A DNA stretch of 64,000 bases from Alphaproteobacteria bacterium (GCA_965248835.1 CBDFLJ010000002.1:832001-896000); one strand, 5' to 3'. Positions 39,986-51,368 are shown, counted from the first letter of the stretch. Translations and numbers: made by a program. The notes: generated by a model not told the origin, from the sequence alone.

Positions 39986-41467
39986 ATGCCGAAGGACCTG
40001 CGCGGCTTCGTCGAGGCCAATACCGATTTGATCCTGCTTGTGCCGAGGACGGTCGCGCGGGAGCACCTGAGCGCGCTCATCGTCCAGGCCGGCCGGCCGG
40101 TGATGTTCGATGCGGTCGAAGGCTTTCCCGGATGGCGGGTTCTCGATCTTCTGTTCGTGGACCGCCGCGCGCAGGCGCGGGTCCTCGACACCACCACGGA
40201 CAACGTCCTTGCGTGCCTGGCAACCGCCCTGGACAAGCCGCCGGTGCCGACAAGGCTGGTCGATGCCGCGCCGCACCGGCAAAACATCCTGGCCGGCGAA
40301 AAGGCGGATCTTCTCGCCTTGCCGGGCTTCCGGCACGGCGAGAAGGACTCGGCGCCGGCCCTCATCGCGATGAATATCTGCCGCGAGCCGGATGCCGGCG
40401 CGGTCAACTTCTCGTTCACCCGGATGACCCCGATCGGCCCCCGCCGGGCGACCTATCTGATCGGCTCCTCGCCCCACCAGCGCGCCATCCTGGCGGCCTG
40501 GGAGGATCGCGGCGAGGCGATGCCGATGGCGTGTACGATCGGCACCCACCCGGCCTACGAGATCATGGCGTCCTACAGCGTGCCGAGCCACCTGGCGGAA
40601 TTCGGCGAGCTCGAGATGGTCGGAAACCTGATCGGCGAGGCCGTCGAGATGGTGCCCTGCCAGACCGTGCCGCTGGAAGTTCCCGCCCACGCCGAGGTGG
40701 TCATCGAAGGCTGGGTGCGGCCCGGCGTTCGCCACGACGACGGGCCCGGACCGTCGCAGGCGCTCTACTACCTGCCCGGCGCGAGCCAGCAGCCGGTGAT
40801 CGAAGTCAGTGCGATCACCCACCGCGACCGGCCCATACTGCGCCAGCACAACACGCTGATGTTCTCCGATCACCAGCCGCTGCTCAGCCTGCCGCACGAA
40901 GCACTGCTCTACGCCCGGCTGCGCGCCGACGGCCATGACGTGCGCGAGGTGTTCTACGTCCCCTGGGGCGGCACGCTCGCTTGTGTCGTCCAGATCGTGC
41001 CCCAATCCGACGGCGAGGTCCGCAATGTGCTGATGCGGACATTGGGCCAGCGCTGGCCCAATGCCAAGCTGGCGATTGCGATCGATGCCGACGTCGACAT
41101 CGGTTCGGCCGAGGACCTCGTCTGGTCGGTCTCCACACGGGTCGATCCGGGCCGCGACGTGTTCATCGTGCCCGAGGCGAAGGGCCATCCGATCGATCCC
41201 ACCGCGCGTCCGGCTGCGGGCGGGACGCGCAATGTCGTGACCGGCAAATGGGGCATCGATGCGACCCGGCCGCCGCTGAGCCGGCCCGAGGCGCGTGCGG
41301 TGTTCGAACGCACGCTGGCGCCGCACGGCAACGAGGTCCGCCTGGAGGATTTCCTCGACCAACGCCTCGGACCGCGGCGTCGTTATGTTCCGGCGCCTGT
41401 TGCGCGAGGCGATCAAAGCGATCGAGAAGGGCGAGGATCCACCCGGCACCTACCGCGATCCGTCTAA
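39986..41467 (+). CDS. UbiD-family decarboxylase (natural stop apparently lost)
   Basis: DLRGFV, VPAHAEVVIEG, DADVDI..LVWSVSTRVDPGRD, KWGIDAT; reads past RLEDFLD into foreign sequence. Confidence 0.88.
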   Translation: MPKDLRGFVEANTDLILLVPRTVAREHLSALIVQAGRPVMFDAVEGFPGWRVLDLLFVDRRAQARVLDTTTDNVLACLATALDKPPVPTRLVDAAPHRQNILAGEKADLLALPGFRHGEKDSAPALIAMNICREPDAGAVNFSFTRMTPIGPRRATYLIGSSPHQRAILAAWEDRGEAMPMACTIGTHPAYEIMASYSVPSHLAEFGELEMVGNLIGEAVEMVPCQTVPLEVPAHAEVVIEGWVRPGVRHDDGPGPSQALYYLPGASQQPVIEVSAITHRDRPILRQHNTLMFSDHQPLLSLPHEALLYARLRADGHDVREVFYVPWGGTLACVVQIVPQSDGEVRNVLMRTLGQRWPNAKLAIAIDADVDIGSAEDLVWSVSTRVDPGRDVFIVPEAKGHPIDPTARPAAGGTRNVVTGKWGIDATRPPLSRPEARAVFERTLAPHGNEVRLEDFLDQRLGPRRRYVPAPVARGDQSDREGRGSTRHLPRSV

Positions 41468-41534
41468 CCGCATCGTGAAAAATCCGGCGCGAAATGCGAT
41501 CCTGCCGGCGGAAACGGAGGCATTGTCGGACTAA
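41358..41534 (+). pseudogene. Rieske oxygenase (phthalate-dioxygenase-like) C-terminal fragment
   Basis: ASDRGVVMFRRLLREAIKAIEKGEDPPG..RD. Confidence 0.6.
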
Positions 41535-41554
41535 CCGGACAGGGCTCGTGACCC

Positions 41555-41990
41555 TGCAATCGGGCGCGGCACGGCCAAGCAGTGGATCAAGGAAGGCAAG
41601 AAGGCCGTCAAGTGGACACGCCTGTCGTGCCGCAAGTTCCGTCACAACGCCGTCCGGCTCCAACTCCACGCGCTCGCCTGCAATCGCAGCAACTTCATGC
41701 GGACACGCGCGCTGTCCGATTCAGTGGAGCAGTGGTCACGGACCACACTGCGCGAAAAGCTCGTAAAGATCGGCGCGAAGATCGTCCGCCACGGTCGCTA
41801 CATCGTCTTCCGGATGGCCGAGGGCGCTATCCCTCGTGACCTGTTCGCCGACATCCTCCGCCGGATCGATCGGTACAGCGCGACGCCCCTCCCGACATGA
41901 TCATGGTCGCAGAACCCATCGGACTTGCCCTTCGCGCGATTTCGAGCCACGCTCGACTTGGCTGAAGGGTGCCACATGGGAAATCCCGGA
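41555..41990 (+). pseudogene. IS1380 3' remnant with right end
   Basis: QWIKEGKKAVKWTRLSC..LREKLVKIGAKIVRHGRY; end catgggaaatcccgg resembles the end at 11597-11613. Confidence 0.82.
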
Positions 41991-42073
41991 TTACGGCTGA
42001 AGGCGCGTCTCAATTCGAGGACGGGCGGACAAGAACAACGCAACATCAGGCGAATCCAACAACGGAGGATATC

Positions 42074-44208
42074 ATGAAATCGCTACTCAAGACATATGCG
42101 ATACTGCCGGCCGCCACCGTTCTGGGGCTGGCCATCGGGCTCGCAACGGCTTCGGCGGAAACATACAGGATCGGTCTTGCCGTTCCCGTAACCGGCACCG
42201 GGGCCGATGCCGGCAAACGCGAAGCGATCGGCGCCCATGCCGCCGTCACTGCGATCAACAAAGCCGGAGGAATCGGCGGAAGCATGATCGAATTGTTCTT
42301 CGCGGACACCGGCAGCAATCCTCAGAGCCGATCCGGAAAGTTTGAATCTATGGTGAGTGTGTTGCGGCGAGTCTGCGCAGCATGATGCGGATCATGGCGA
42401 GTCGGATGAAGGCGACGACGGATCGAACGTGACGTTCGAAGTCGCGAGCGAGGCGCCTGTTGCGGCTGATCCAGGCGAAGGTGCGTTCGACAATCCAACG
42501 CTTTGGCAGCACCTCGAAGCGGGGCACGTCGTTGCGCTTGACGATCTCGAGCCGCCACCCCCCGGTCTTGGCGACAGTCGCGGCCATCTTCGGTCCCTGA
42601 TAGCCGCCGTCGGCGTAGATCACCTCGATGAATGGGAACCGTCGCCGGGTGCGGCGCAAGAGCTCGTGGGCACCGTCGCGATCCTGAACGTCGCCGGAAT
42701 GCACCACGATGCCCAGCATCAGGCCGAGCGTGTCGACCATGATGTGCCGCTTGCGACCGGTGACCTTCTTGCCCGCATCGAAGCCTTGATCGTCGATCGA
42801 CGCCCCCCTTTTTGCGCCGCCTTGGCGCTCTGGCTGTCGATGACCGCGGCCGACGGGCTGGCTTCGCGTCCTTCCTCATCGCGCACCGCGACGTAGAGTT
42901 CATGATGGATCCGCTCCAGCGTGCCATCCCACTCCCATAGATCGAAATAGTCGTACACCGTCGACTTCGGCGGCAGATCCTTGGGCAGTGCATTCCACTG
43001 GCAGCCCGTGGACAGCACGGTGAAGATGCCGTTCAGAACCTCGCGCACGTCGACTGAGCGCTTGCGCCCGCCGCGCTTGGCAGAGGCGGGATCATTGGCG
43101 CGATCAGCGCCCACTCGGCGTCGGTCAGATCACTCGGATAGCGAAGTCCGCGACGCTCCGCCGCGCGGCGGTGTTCCGCAGTCCACATCGGGCTTCCTCC
43201 TGTAAACCGGATGCCCAGCACAGAATCACAAACGATTCTTCCGATTCAAGAACTTTCCGGAAGGGCTCTCAGGACGCGGTAAACGCGGTACGCAAACTTG
43301 TAGGCGATGACAACGTGCTGGCCATCGTGGGACCGCATTATTCCGGCGTGGCCGAGGCGACCTTTCCGCTGGGAAATCGACTCGGAATCGTTCAGATCGC
43401 CGTGGCGTCGTCGAAGCCGGGTGTCGCGGCGGCGAACCGGCCCTACGCTTTCCGTAACACGCTTACGGAAGACAAGGTGGCGGCGGCCGTGGTGGCCAAG
43501 TTCAAAGCTCGCTACAACCCGAAGAACGTCGCAATAATCACCGATATCAAGGATGCGGTATCGCGCGCGATCGGCACCGCCGTGTTGCCTGCGGCACTCA
43601 AGGCGGAGGGCATCAAGATCCTGAACCAGGGGAATCCGGTCACGTTCCAAACCAGCGACGCTCAGTTCACGGCCCAGATCACCTCGCTGAAAGCCATGAA
43701 TCCGGATGCCGTCGGCCTCGGCGCGCTTGGTCCGGATGCGCTGAACATAATCACGGAAGCACGCCGGCAGGGCATGACACAGCCGTTCTTCGGGACCGGA
43801 CCGCTCATGGAAGGCAATATTCCCGAAAAGGGCGGTGCCACCGTTGCCGGAACCGTCGCCGGCACGATCTGGGACTATTCGCTTGCCAATGAAGGCAGCA
43901 GGCAATTCATCGCAGACTATGAAGCGGTTTCCGAGACCATCTATCCCGGCGAATTTACCAAGCGTCCCGACTACTATGCCGTGAACGCCTATGACGCCGT
44001 TTACATGATAAAGGCTGCCATCGAGTCCGGTGCCATTTCTGCCGAAGGCTCCGATCTGAAAGGTGCCAGAAACAAGATCAGAGACTACATGGCGGCGCTC
44101 AAGGACTTCAACGGCGTTGCCAGCAGCGGCTTCAACGATGTCGGCGATGGTGTGAAAAATGTCGTCGTCTTCGAAATCAAGGATGGCCACTGGGCGCCGA
44201 TGCAATAA
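42074..44208 (+). pseudogene. Branched-chain amino acid ABC substrate-binding protein (LivK-like) interrupted by IS5
   Basis: Reads ..DTGSNPQ | IS | DAVNAVRKL.., in frame once the IS and one TCA are removed. Confidence 0.9.
42325..43268 (-). mobile_element. IS5-family insertion sequence, copy 2 (2-bp insertion in ORF1)
   Basis: Same IRs as copy 1; TCA target duplication at 42322-42324 / 43269-43271; 944 bp. Confidence 0.93.
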
Positions 44209-44893
44209 TGTCCTTGCCGTGATCTTCGCCGGACGGTCTGTCGGATGATCGCGCAGCAGCTCGTCAACGGCCTGATGCTGGGCAGCACGTACGCGTTGAT
44301 TGCGCTCGGTCTCACTTTGGTGCTGGGGGTTTTCAACAAGCTCAATATCGCCCACGGCGACGTGTTCATGTTCGGCGCGTTTGCCGGACTGGCTGCCGCG
44401 GCGGCAGGAGCGTCGTTCGCCGTCGCCATTCTTGCCGGAATGGCGGCGGCGGCGATCGTCAACGTCCTGATTGAACGGTTTTGTTTTCATCCCCTGAGGA
44501 AATCACACTTCCTGGCCCCCATGCTCAGCACGATCGCGTTCGGCATCATGCTCCAGAACGTGGCGACGCAGATCTGGGGGTCTGATCCCTCGCGTTTTCC
44601 AAACGTCGAAGCCACGACACAATTCCATTTCGGAGGTGTGCTCCTCTCTTCCGTCCAGGTCGTCGTCCTCGTCGTCTCGATCGCCCTGATGGCCGTGATC
44701 GACCTGGTGATCCACCACACCCGGATCGGGCGAGCATTGCGCGCCACGGCATTTGACCGGGAAATCGCCGGCATGCTCGGCATCAATACCGGCAAGGTCA
44801 TCTTCTTTACATTCCTGACCGCCGGTGCCCTGGCCGGTATCGCCGGGGTGCTGACGGCCAATGTCTACTCGCAGATCACTCCGCATATCGGAA

Positions 44894-46285
44894 GAGCTAT
44901 GGCCAGAAGTTGGTGACGGGGTGAAGGGTTAAGGCGGCGTATCGTGGGGGTGATCGAGCCTCCACCTCTCCAACGAAGGAGTGATACGCCGTGAGCGACA
45001 ATAACGTTTTGAAGCTTTCCCAGCCATCGACGTTTTCCGATCCGTTGACCGAGGTGCTGCGCAGCGGCGCCCGGTCCCTGCTGGCGCGGGCGGTCGAGGC
45101 GGAGGTTGCCGCGTTCCTTGATGGCCACTCCGAGGCGCGCACCGAAGAAGGCCGCCGACGGCTGGTGCGCCACGGCCACCTGCCCGAACGCGAGATCATG
45201 ACCGGCATCGGCCCGGTTGCGGTTCGCGCGCCACGCGTTCGCGACCGCACGGGCCTGGGCGCCGACCGCATCCGGTTCAGCTCCGCGCTCCTGCCGCCTT
45301 ATGCGCGGCGCTCGAAGAGCCTCGAAGTCCTGATCCCCGTCCTCTACCTCAAGGGCATCTCCACGGGCGACTTCGCCGAGGCGCTGGCGGCCTTGCTCGG
45401 GCCGGACGCCGGCGGCTTGTCGGCCTCGACCGTGGCGCGGCTCACCGAGGTTTGGGCGGACGAGCACGCGCACTGGCTGAAGCGGGATCTGTCGGCCAGG
45501 CACTATGTCTACTTCTGGGCCGACGGCATCCATGTGCAGGCCCGGCTCGAGGACGATGCGCAATGCCTGCTGGTCATCATCGGCGCGACGCCGGAGGGTA
45601 AGAAGGAACTCGTAGGCCTCGTCGACGGGGTGCGCGAGAGCGCCCAATCGTGGCGCGAGCTGCTACTTGACCTCAAACGGCGCGGGCTCGCGGTCGCGCC
45701 CGAACTCGCCATCGCCGACGGCGCGCTCGGCTTCTGGAAGGCGATCGAGGAAGTGTGGCCCCGGACCCGCAGCCAGCGCTGTTGGGTGCACAAGACCGCC
45801 AACATGCTCAACAAGCTGCCCAAGAGCCAGCACTCGAAGGCAAAGCGTGCTCTCCAGGAGATCTGGATGGCCGAGACCAGGAACGACGCAGACAGCGCCT
45901 TCGACGCCTTCATCGAGACCTACGCCGTCAAGTACGACAAGGCGGCCGCATGCCTGGTCAAGGATCGCGAGACGATGCTGGCGTTCTACGACTTTCCCGC
46001 CGAGCATTGGAAGCATCTGCGCACCACCAACCCCATCGAAAGCACATTCGCCACCGTGCGACACCGTACCGTGCGATCCAAGGGATGCCTCTCCAACAAG
46101 ACGGCGCTCGCCATGGTCTTCAAACTCGCCCAGGCGGCACAGAACAGTTGGCGCCGCCTCGACGGACACAACCAGTTGCCCAAGCTGATCGTCGGCGTAA
46201 AGTTCATCGACGGAATCGAAGCCGTCAGGCAACAACCTCAAGCCGCCGCCTGACCCAAGCCGTCACCAAGATTCGGCTATAGCTC
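44894..46285 (+). mobile_element. IS256-family insertion sequence
   Basis: IRs gagctatggccagaagttggtgacgg / ccgtcaccaagattcggctatagctc; 9-bp TSD atatcggaa. Confidence 0.95.
44991..46253 (+). CDS. IS256-family transposase
   Basis: YFWADG, IADGALGFW, QRCWVHK, RTTNPIES. Confidence 0.95.
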   Translation: MSDNNVLKLSQPSTFSDPLTEVLRSGARSLLARAVEAEVAAFLDGHSEARTEEGRRRLVRHGHLPEREIMTGIGPVAVRAPRVRDRTGLGADRIRFSSALLPPYARRSKSLEVLIPVLYLKGISTGDFAEALAALLGPDAGGLSASTVARLTEVWADEHAHWLKRDLSARHYVYFWADGIHVQARLEDDAQCLLVIIGATPEGKKELVGLVDGVRESAQSWRELLLDLKRRGLAVAPELAIADGALGFWKAIEEVWPRTRSQRCWVHKTANMLNKLPKSQHSKAKRALQEIWMAETRNDADSAFDAFIETYAVKYDKAAACLVKDRETMLAFYDFPAEHWKHLRTTNPIESTFATVRHRTVRSKGCLSNKTALAMVFKLAQAAQNSWRRLDGHNQLPKLIVGVKFIDGIEAVRQQPQAAA

Positions 46286-46511
46286 ATATCGGAATCCGGC
46301 AAGGTATGATCGGAATGGTCGCAATGGTCATTGGCGGGCTCGGCAATTTGCGGGGGGCCATGCTCGGGGGCATGGCGGTCGGCGTGGTCGAAATTCTCAA
46401 CGACGCATATCTGGGTGCCGCCTACCGCGATCTTGTGGTGTTTTCGCTCTTCTTTGCCTTTCTCATCGTCAAACCGGACGGGCTGATCCCGCAGGACAGG
46501 GCCATACGCGC

Positions 46512-47363
46512 ATGAGCGTATATATGGAGGGCGTGCTGGCAATCATGGGGATCAATGTCCTCATGGCCTACAGCGCCTATGCCATTATGGCCACCGGGCA
46601 GTTATCCCTCGGCAATGCCGGCTTCATGGCGATCGGCGCCTATTGTGCCGGGTACCTGACGACGGTTGCGGGGGTCGATCTTCTTTTGGCGATCCTCGCG
46701 GGCGCCCTGCTTGCCGGCGCCGTGGGGTTGCTCCTCGGCATACCGGTGCTGAGGTTTCAGGGTTTCTTTCTCGTGCTGGCCACTTTGGGGTTCGGCGAGA
46801 TGGTTCGTGCCTTCTTCGTGAACTTCGAACCAACCGGCGGCGCCTACGGCATGCGTGGTTTGTTCGGTGTCGAACTTTATCATATCGGAAGTGCGGTGGC
46901 CGCTGTCACGCTCCTGATCTGGCTCCTGGAACGCTCGCGTATCGGGCGGGCATTCGACGCCGTCGCGGCTGACGAGGCGGCAGCGGGGGGGATCGGCCTC
47001 AATGTGCGGCTAATCAAGGTCCTGGCCTTCGGCTTCGGTGCCATGATCGCGGGCATTGCAGGCGGTCTCTATGCCCACTACCTTCTCTACATTGAGCCGG
47101 GCAATTTCACATTCCTGATTTCGGCAATGGCCGTGTTGTTCGTCATCCTTGGCGGCATGGAAACTGTGTGGGGTGCACTCCTGGGTGCGGCGATCTTCTC
47201 ACTGTTGCCGGAGGTTCTGAGGTTCATGCATGATTGGCGCCTCAGCCTGTTCGGCGCTGTCCTGATACTGCTGATGATTATTCGTCCGCGCGGTTTGTTG
47301 ACAAGGCAATTGATTCGAAATCTGATCCGGCCGCGGGCGAGAAGTTCCACCGGAAATGCTTGA
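46512..47363 (+). CDS. livM: Branched-chain amino acid ABC permease
   Basis: GQLSLGNAGF, LATLGFGE, VILGG. Confidence 0.9.
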   Translation: MSVYMEGVLAIMGINVLMAYSAYAIMATGQLSLGNAGFMAIGAYCAGYLTTVAGVDLLLAILAGALLAGAVGLLLGIPVLRFQGFFLVLATLGFGEMVRAFFVNFEPTGGAYGMRGLFGVELYHIGSAVAAVTLLIWLLERSRIGRAFDAVAADEAAAGGIGLNVRLIKVLAFGFGAMIAGIAGGLYAHYLLYIEPGNFTFLISAMAVLFVILGGMETVWGALLGAAIFSLLPEVLRFMHDWRLSLFGAVLILLMIIRPRGLLTRQLIRNLIRPRARSSTGNA

Positions 47364-48108
47364 GGTCGACAGGGTCTCGATGCGCTTCGGCGGGGTGCGG
47401 GCGCTTGAAGAGGTGTCGCTGGTGTTGCCGAGTTCGGGCGTATTCGGCCTGATCGGTCCGAACGGCGCCGGAAAGACCACGCTCTTGAACATCCTGTCGG
47501 GATCCTATCAGGCGACTTCGGGATCGGTCCGCTTCCTCGGTCGCGATATCAGCCGGGCACAGGCACACAGGATCGCGCAAGCCGGCATCGCGCGAACCTA
47601 CCAGAACATCCGTTTGTTTACGGCGAACACGGTACTGGAGAATGTAATTGTCGCACAGAACAGCCGTGCGCCACTTCACGGCCTGCGATCGATGTTTTGG
47701 CCTGGCGGGGAGGCGGAACGCGTCCTGGCCGAAGAGGCGAAGGGGTTGCTCAAGCTCATGGATATCTGGGACAAGCGGGACAGTCCCAGTGGCGCGCTGT
47801 CGTACGGGGAACAACGTCGCCTGGAAATCGCCCGTGCTTGTGCGCTCAGGCCGCGGCTTCTGTTGCTCGATGAACCGTCGGCGGGCATGAATGCGGCCGA
47901 GACCGACTCTTTGTGGCATCGGATCGAGGAGCTGCGCCAAAACGGCTTGTGCTTATTGCTGGTCGAGCACGACATGGAGCTGGTGATGCGCCGTTGCGAG
48001 CATGTCTTCGTCCTCAATTTCGGAGAACTGATTGCCGAAGGGAGCCCCGCTGTCATCCAAAGGGACAGTTCGGTGATCGAAGCCTATCTCGGCGAGGAAG
48101 AAGACTGA
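47356..48108 (+). CDS. livG: Branched-chain amino acid ABC ATPase
   Basis: GPNGAGKTT, LSYGEQRRLEIA, VEHDM, EAYLG. Confidence 0.92.
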   Translation: MLEVDRVSMRFGGVRALEEVSLVLPSSGVFGLIGPNGAGKTTLLNILSGSYQATSGSVRFLGRDISRAQAHRIAQAGIARTYQNIRLFTANTVLENVIVAQNSRAPLHGLRSMFWPGGEAERVLAEEAKGLLKLMDIWDKRDSPSGALSYGEQRRLEIARACALRPRLLLLDEPSAGMNAAETDSLWHRIEELRQNGLCLLLVEHDMELVMRRCEHVFVLNFGELIAEGSPAVIQRDSSVIEAYLGEEED

Positions 48109-48857
48109 TGCTTGCGGTCCGCGGACTCGAGGCTGGCTATGGCGCCATCGAAGTGCTTCGTGGCGTGGATCTTGATGTCCGTCGCGGAGAAATCGTCACT
48201 CTGATTGGAGCGAATGGCGCGGGGAAAACGACATTGATGATGACGCTGGCGGGTGCCCATTCGCCAAGTGCCGGAATCATCGAATTCGAGGGCAACCCGA
48301 TCTTCGGGCTCCCGAGTCATCAAGTCGTCGGCAAGGGTATCAGTCTTGTCAGGGAGGGCCGAGGAATCCTGGCGCCGATGAGTGTTGAGGAGAACCTGTT
48401 GCTTGGCGGATATCTGCGCTCCCGGCAGCAGGTTTCAGAGGCGATCGAAAGTATCTATGCGCTGTTTCCCATCCTCGCCGAGCGGCGTCGTCAACCGGGA
48501 GGCACATTGAGCGGCGGCGAACAGCAGATGCTGGCGATCGGACGCGCGCTCGTCGCACGCCCGCGCCTGCTTATGCTCGATGAACCTTCGCTCGGTCTGG
48601 CGCCGAAGATCGTGTCGACGATTTTCGATTGTATCGATTCGCTGAGACGCGAAGACACTGCGATCTTGTTGGTGGAACAAAATGCCAGAAAAGCGCTGAA
48701 AATCGCGGATCGCGGCTACGTCCTGTCAGCCGGAAGGATCGCGATGAAGGGCGCTGCTGGCGAACTGTTGCAGGATCCGCAGATATTCGCTGCCTACCTC
48801 GGAAACGCGAACCAAACCGTTGAGCATGGTGGCGGAAAATCGGCGGCCGGAAAGTAA
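48108..48857 (+). CDS. livF: Branched-chain amino acid ABC ATPase
   Basis: GANGAGKTT, LSGGEQQMLAIGR, DEPSLGLAP, VEQN. Confidence 0.92.
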   Translation: MLAVRGLEAGYGAIEVLRGVDLDVRRGEIVTLIGANGAGKTTLMMTLAGAHSPSAGIIEFEGNPIFGLPSHQVVGKGISLVREGRGILAPMSVEENLLLGGYLRSRQQVSEAIESIYALFPILAERRRQPGGTLSGGEQQMLAIGRALVARPRLLMLDEPSLGLAPKIVSTIFDCIDSLRREDTAILLVEQNARKALKIADRGYVLSAGRIAMKGAAGELLQDPQIFAAYLGNANQTVEHGGGKSAAGK

Positions 48858-49344
48858 CGTGTCCGGTACGAACGCCTGATGTCCGCGTGCATCGCAAGCT
48901 CCGGCAACTGGATACCTAAACGACGCATCTCTTGCGTGCCACCGAACTGTCACCGATCGTGTCCCGCGCCGTGGCGTAAGAGCGAGGTGCTCCACGCGGC
49001 ATCTGGCGGGTAGGGCCGGGATGCTCAGGCTGCCATTGTCGATTTACTCCCGGACAGCAGAGTTCGCCGGGTAACACCGGACGGCATTCAAAACAACCGA
49101 CAAGAGAGACTGCCGCCGTCCGGGCAACGGCGTAGGGCGGCAGATGGCGCTGCTCTGTCGCTGGACATATGGTGCGATGAACAGCAGGGCAGATCTATTC
49201 TGGCACGGCTGGTTCCCATTACCGGTCCGTCTTCGATTACCTCGGCGAACGTTCCGCAGCCTCATGATGCCCGGCCGCCGGCTGGATTGGCGCCGCACTG
49301 TCCGCGGTGCTAGGGTCCGCGCCGCACCGCTTGGCGCAGGAAAC

Positions 49345-51360
49345 ATGAACGAACTCGTGCGGCTCGAGCTGATCCGTGAATCGTTGATCGCCGTGGTCAA
49401 CGAGATGCGGGCGAACATCATCCACTCGTCCTATGCGCCGATCATCTACGAGGGGCACGACTTCTCCTGCGCGCTGATGGCCGCGGACGGACGGCAGATC
49501 GCCCAGGGGCTGGCCGACCACCCGATCCATATCTTTGCGGTGCCCTATTCGACCCGGCAGGTGGTCGAGGCGTTCCCCGGCGACATCAACGAGGGCGATC
49601 TGTTCCTGCACAACGATCCCTACACCGGCGGGACGCATCTCAACGACGTGCTGCTGCTTCAGCCGGCGTTCCACGACGGCGCGCTTGCGATGTTCGCGGC
49701 CATGCGCTGCCACTGGAACGACGTCGGCGGCATGACGCCCGGCAGCCTGTCGGGGCGGGTGAACGAGATCTATCAGGAGGGGATGCGCATCACACCGACC
49801 CGGATCGCCGCCGCCGGCGTGCTGAACGACGCCTTCATCGAGCTCCTGTTCAACAACATGCGCGGGCGCAATGAGCGGCTGGGCGATTTCAACGCGATGC
49901 TGGGGACCGGCCGCAAGGCGGTCGAGCACATCGAGCGGCTGTTCGCCCGTTTCGGCGGGCGGTCGCTGCTCGACGGCATCGAGGCGTTGATCGCCCGGTC
50001 CGAGCGGCTGCTGCGCACGCGTATCGCCGAATGCCCGGCCGGCGACTACTACGCCGAGGGCTATATCGAAAGCGACGGCACCAACCCCGACCCGTTGGTC
50101 GTCCGGCTCAAGCTCACCGTTGCCGGCGAGCGGATCGTCGCCGATTTCACCGGCACCTCGGCTCAGACCAACGGGCCGACCAATTGCGGGCCGGCGATGG
50201 CGCTGAACGCCGTGGGCACGATCGTCAAGGCCTTCCTCGATCCCAAGACCCCGATCAACCACGGCTCGTTCAACCCGATTGAGGTCATCGCTCCGGAGCG
50301 CAGCTTCATCAACGCGCGCGAGACCGCGCCATGCGGCGGCATGGCGGAAGTAAAGTTCCTGATCGATTCGGTTGTCGCCGCGGCGCTGTGCCAGGTGGTG
50401 CCGGAGATGAGCGTCGGCGACCTCAAGGGCGGGGCCAATCACATCCATATCGCCGGCCCCGATCCCGGCGGCTCGGGCGGCACCTACATCCACTACGAGT
50501 GGCCGGCCGGCGGCACCGGCGCCTCTGCCGGCATCGACGGCAACAACGCCGTGCGCAGCTACAACGAGGGCGACTTCAACTCGATCCAGTCGGTCGAGAC
50601 CGTCGAAGGCGCGTTCCCGTTGCGGATCGAGCGCTGCGAGGTGCGGGAGGGCTGCTGCGGCGACGGTGAGTTCCGCGGCGGGTTCGGGCTCCGCCGCGAG
50701 GTCCGGATCCTCGGCGAGACCGCGATGCTCTCGGTGCTGTCGGACAAGAACGTCATCCCGCCCTACGGCGTCGACGGCGCCCGGCCCGGGGCCGCCAACC
50801 GCTTCACCGTCGAGCGGGGCGGAAAGACCGTCGAGCCGTCGACCATGCCGGGCAAGGTGTCGGGCTTCCGGCTGGAGCGGGGCGACATCGTGCGCGAGGA
50901 GACCGCCGGCGGCGGCGGCCACGGTGATCCGCTGGACCGCGACCCGGCCCGCGTGACGGCCGATCTGATCGAGGGCTATCTCACCGCGTCCCAGGCCGAG
51001 CGCCGCTACGGCGTGGTGCTGGGCGCGGACGGCGCGCTCGACCGCGAGGCCACCCGGGCGAAGCGCGCGGACTTGCGTGCGGCGCGCCGTCCGGTGCGGC
51101 TGGAGCCCGCCAACGAGGAGCTGTTCGACGGCCCGCGCCGCCGGGTGATCGTGCCCGAAGCGGTCGCCGAGGCCGCGGGGATCGGGCAGGGCGAGCTGAT
51201 GGAAATCTCCACCGGCCGCGGCGCGCCGCTGCGCGCCTGGGCCGAGGTGCAGGGCGGCGGGGATGCGCTGCTGGTCGGGCCGTCGAGCCTGCGCATCCTG
51301 CGCGCCGCGCCGGGCGATACCGTTGTGATCGCACCCGCCCGACCGGTCCCCGAGCTCTGA
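49345..51360 (+). CDS. Hydantoinase B/oxoprolinase family protein with C-terminal extension
   Basis: DFSCA, NDPYTGGTHLND, HWNDVGGMTPGS, GGGGHGDP. Confidence 0.92.
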   Translation: MNELVRLELIRESLIAVVNEMRANIIHSSYAPIIYEGHDFSCALMAADGRQIAQGLADHPIHIFAVPYSTRQVVEAFPGDINEGDLFLHNDPYTGGTHLNDVLLLQPAFHDGALAMFAAMRCHWNDVGGMTPGSLSGRVNEIYQEGMRITPTRIAAAGVLNDAFIELLFNNMRGRNERLGDFNAMLGTGRKAVEHIERLFARFGGRSLLDGIEALIARSERLLRTRIAECPAGDYYAEGYIESDGTNPDPLVVRLKLTVAGERIVADFTGTSAQTNGPTNCGPAMALNAVGTIVKAFLDPKTPINHGSFNPIEVIAPERSFINARETAPCGGMAEVKFLIDSVVAAALCQVVPEMSVGDLKGGANHIHIAGPDPGGSGGTYIHYEWPAGGTGASAGIDGNNAVRSYNEGDFNSIQSVETVEGAFPLRIERCEVREGCCGDGEFRGGFGLRREVRILGETAMLSVLSDKNVIPPYGVDGARPGAANRFTVERGGKTVEPSTMPGKVSGFRLERGDIVREETAGGGGHGDPLDRDPARVTADLIEGYLTASQAERRYGVVLGADGALDREATRAKRADLRAARRPVRLEPANEELFDGPRRRVIVPEAVAEAAGIGQGELMEISTGRGAPLRAWAEVQGGGDALLVGPSSLRILRAAPGDTVVIAPARPVPEL

Positions 51361-51368
51361 GTCCCTCG

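Larger units (their letters stand above)
44245..46515 (+). pseudogene. livH: Branched-chain amino acid ABC permease interrupted by IS256
   Basis: QQLVNGLMLGSTYALIALG, NIAHG; continues after IS as GMVAMVIGGLG. Confidence 0.9.
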
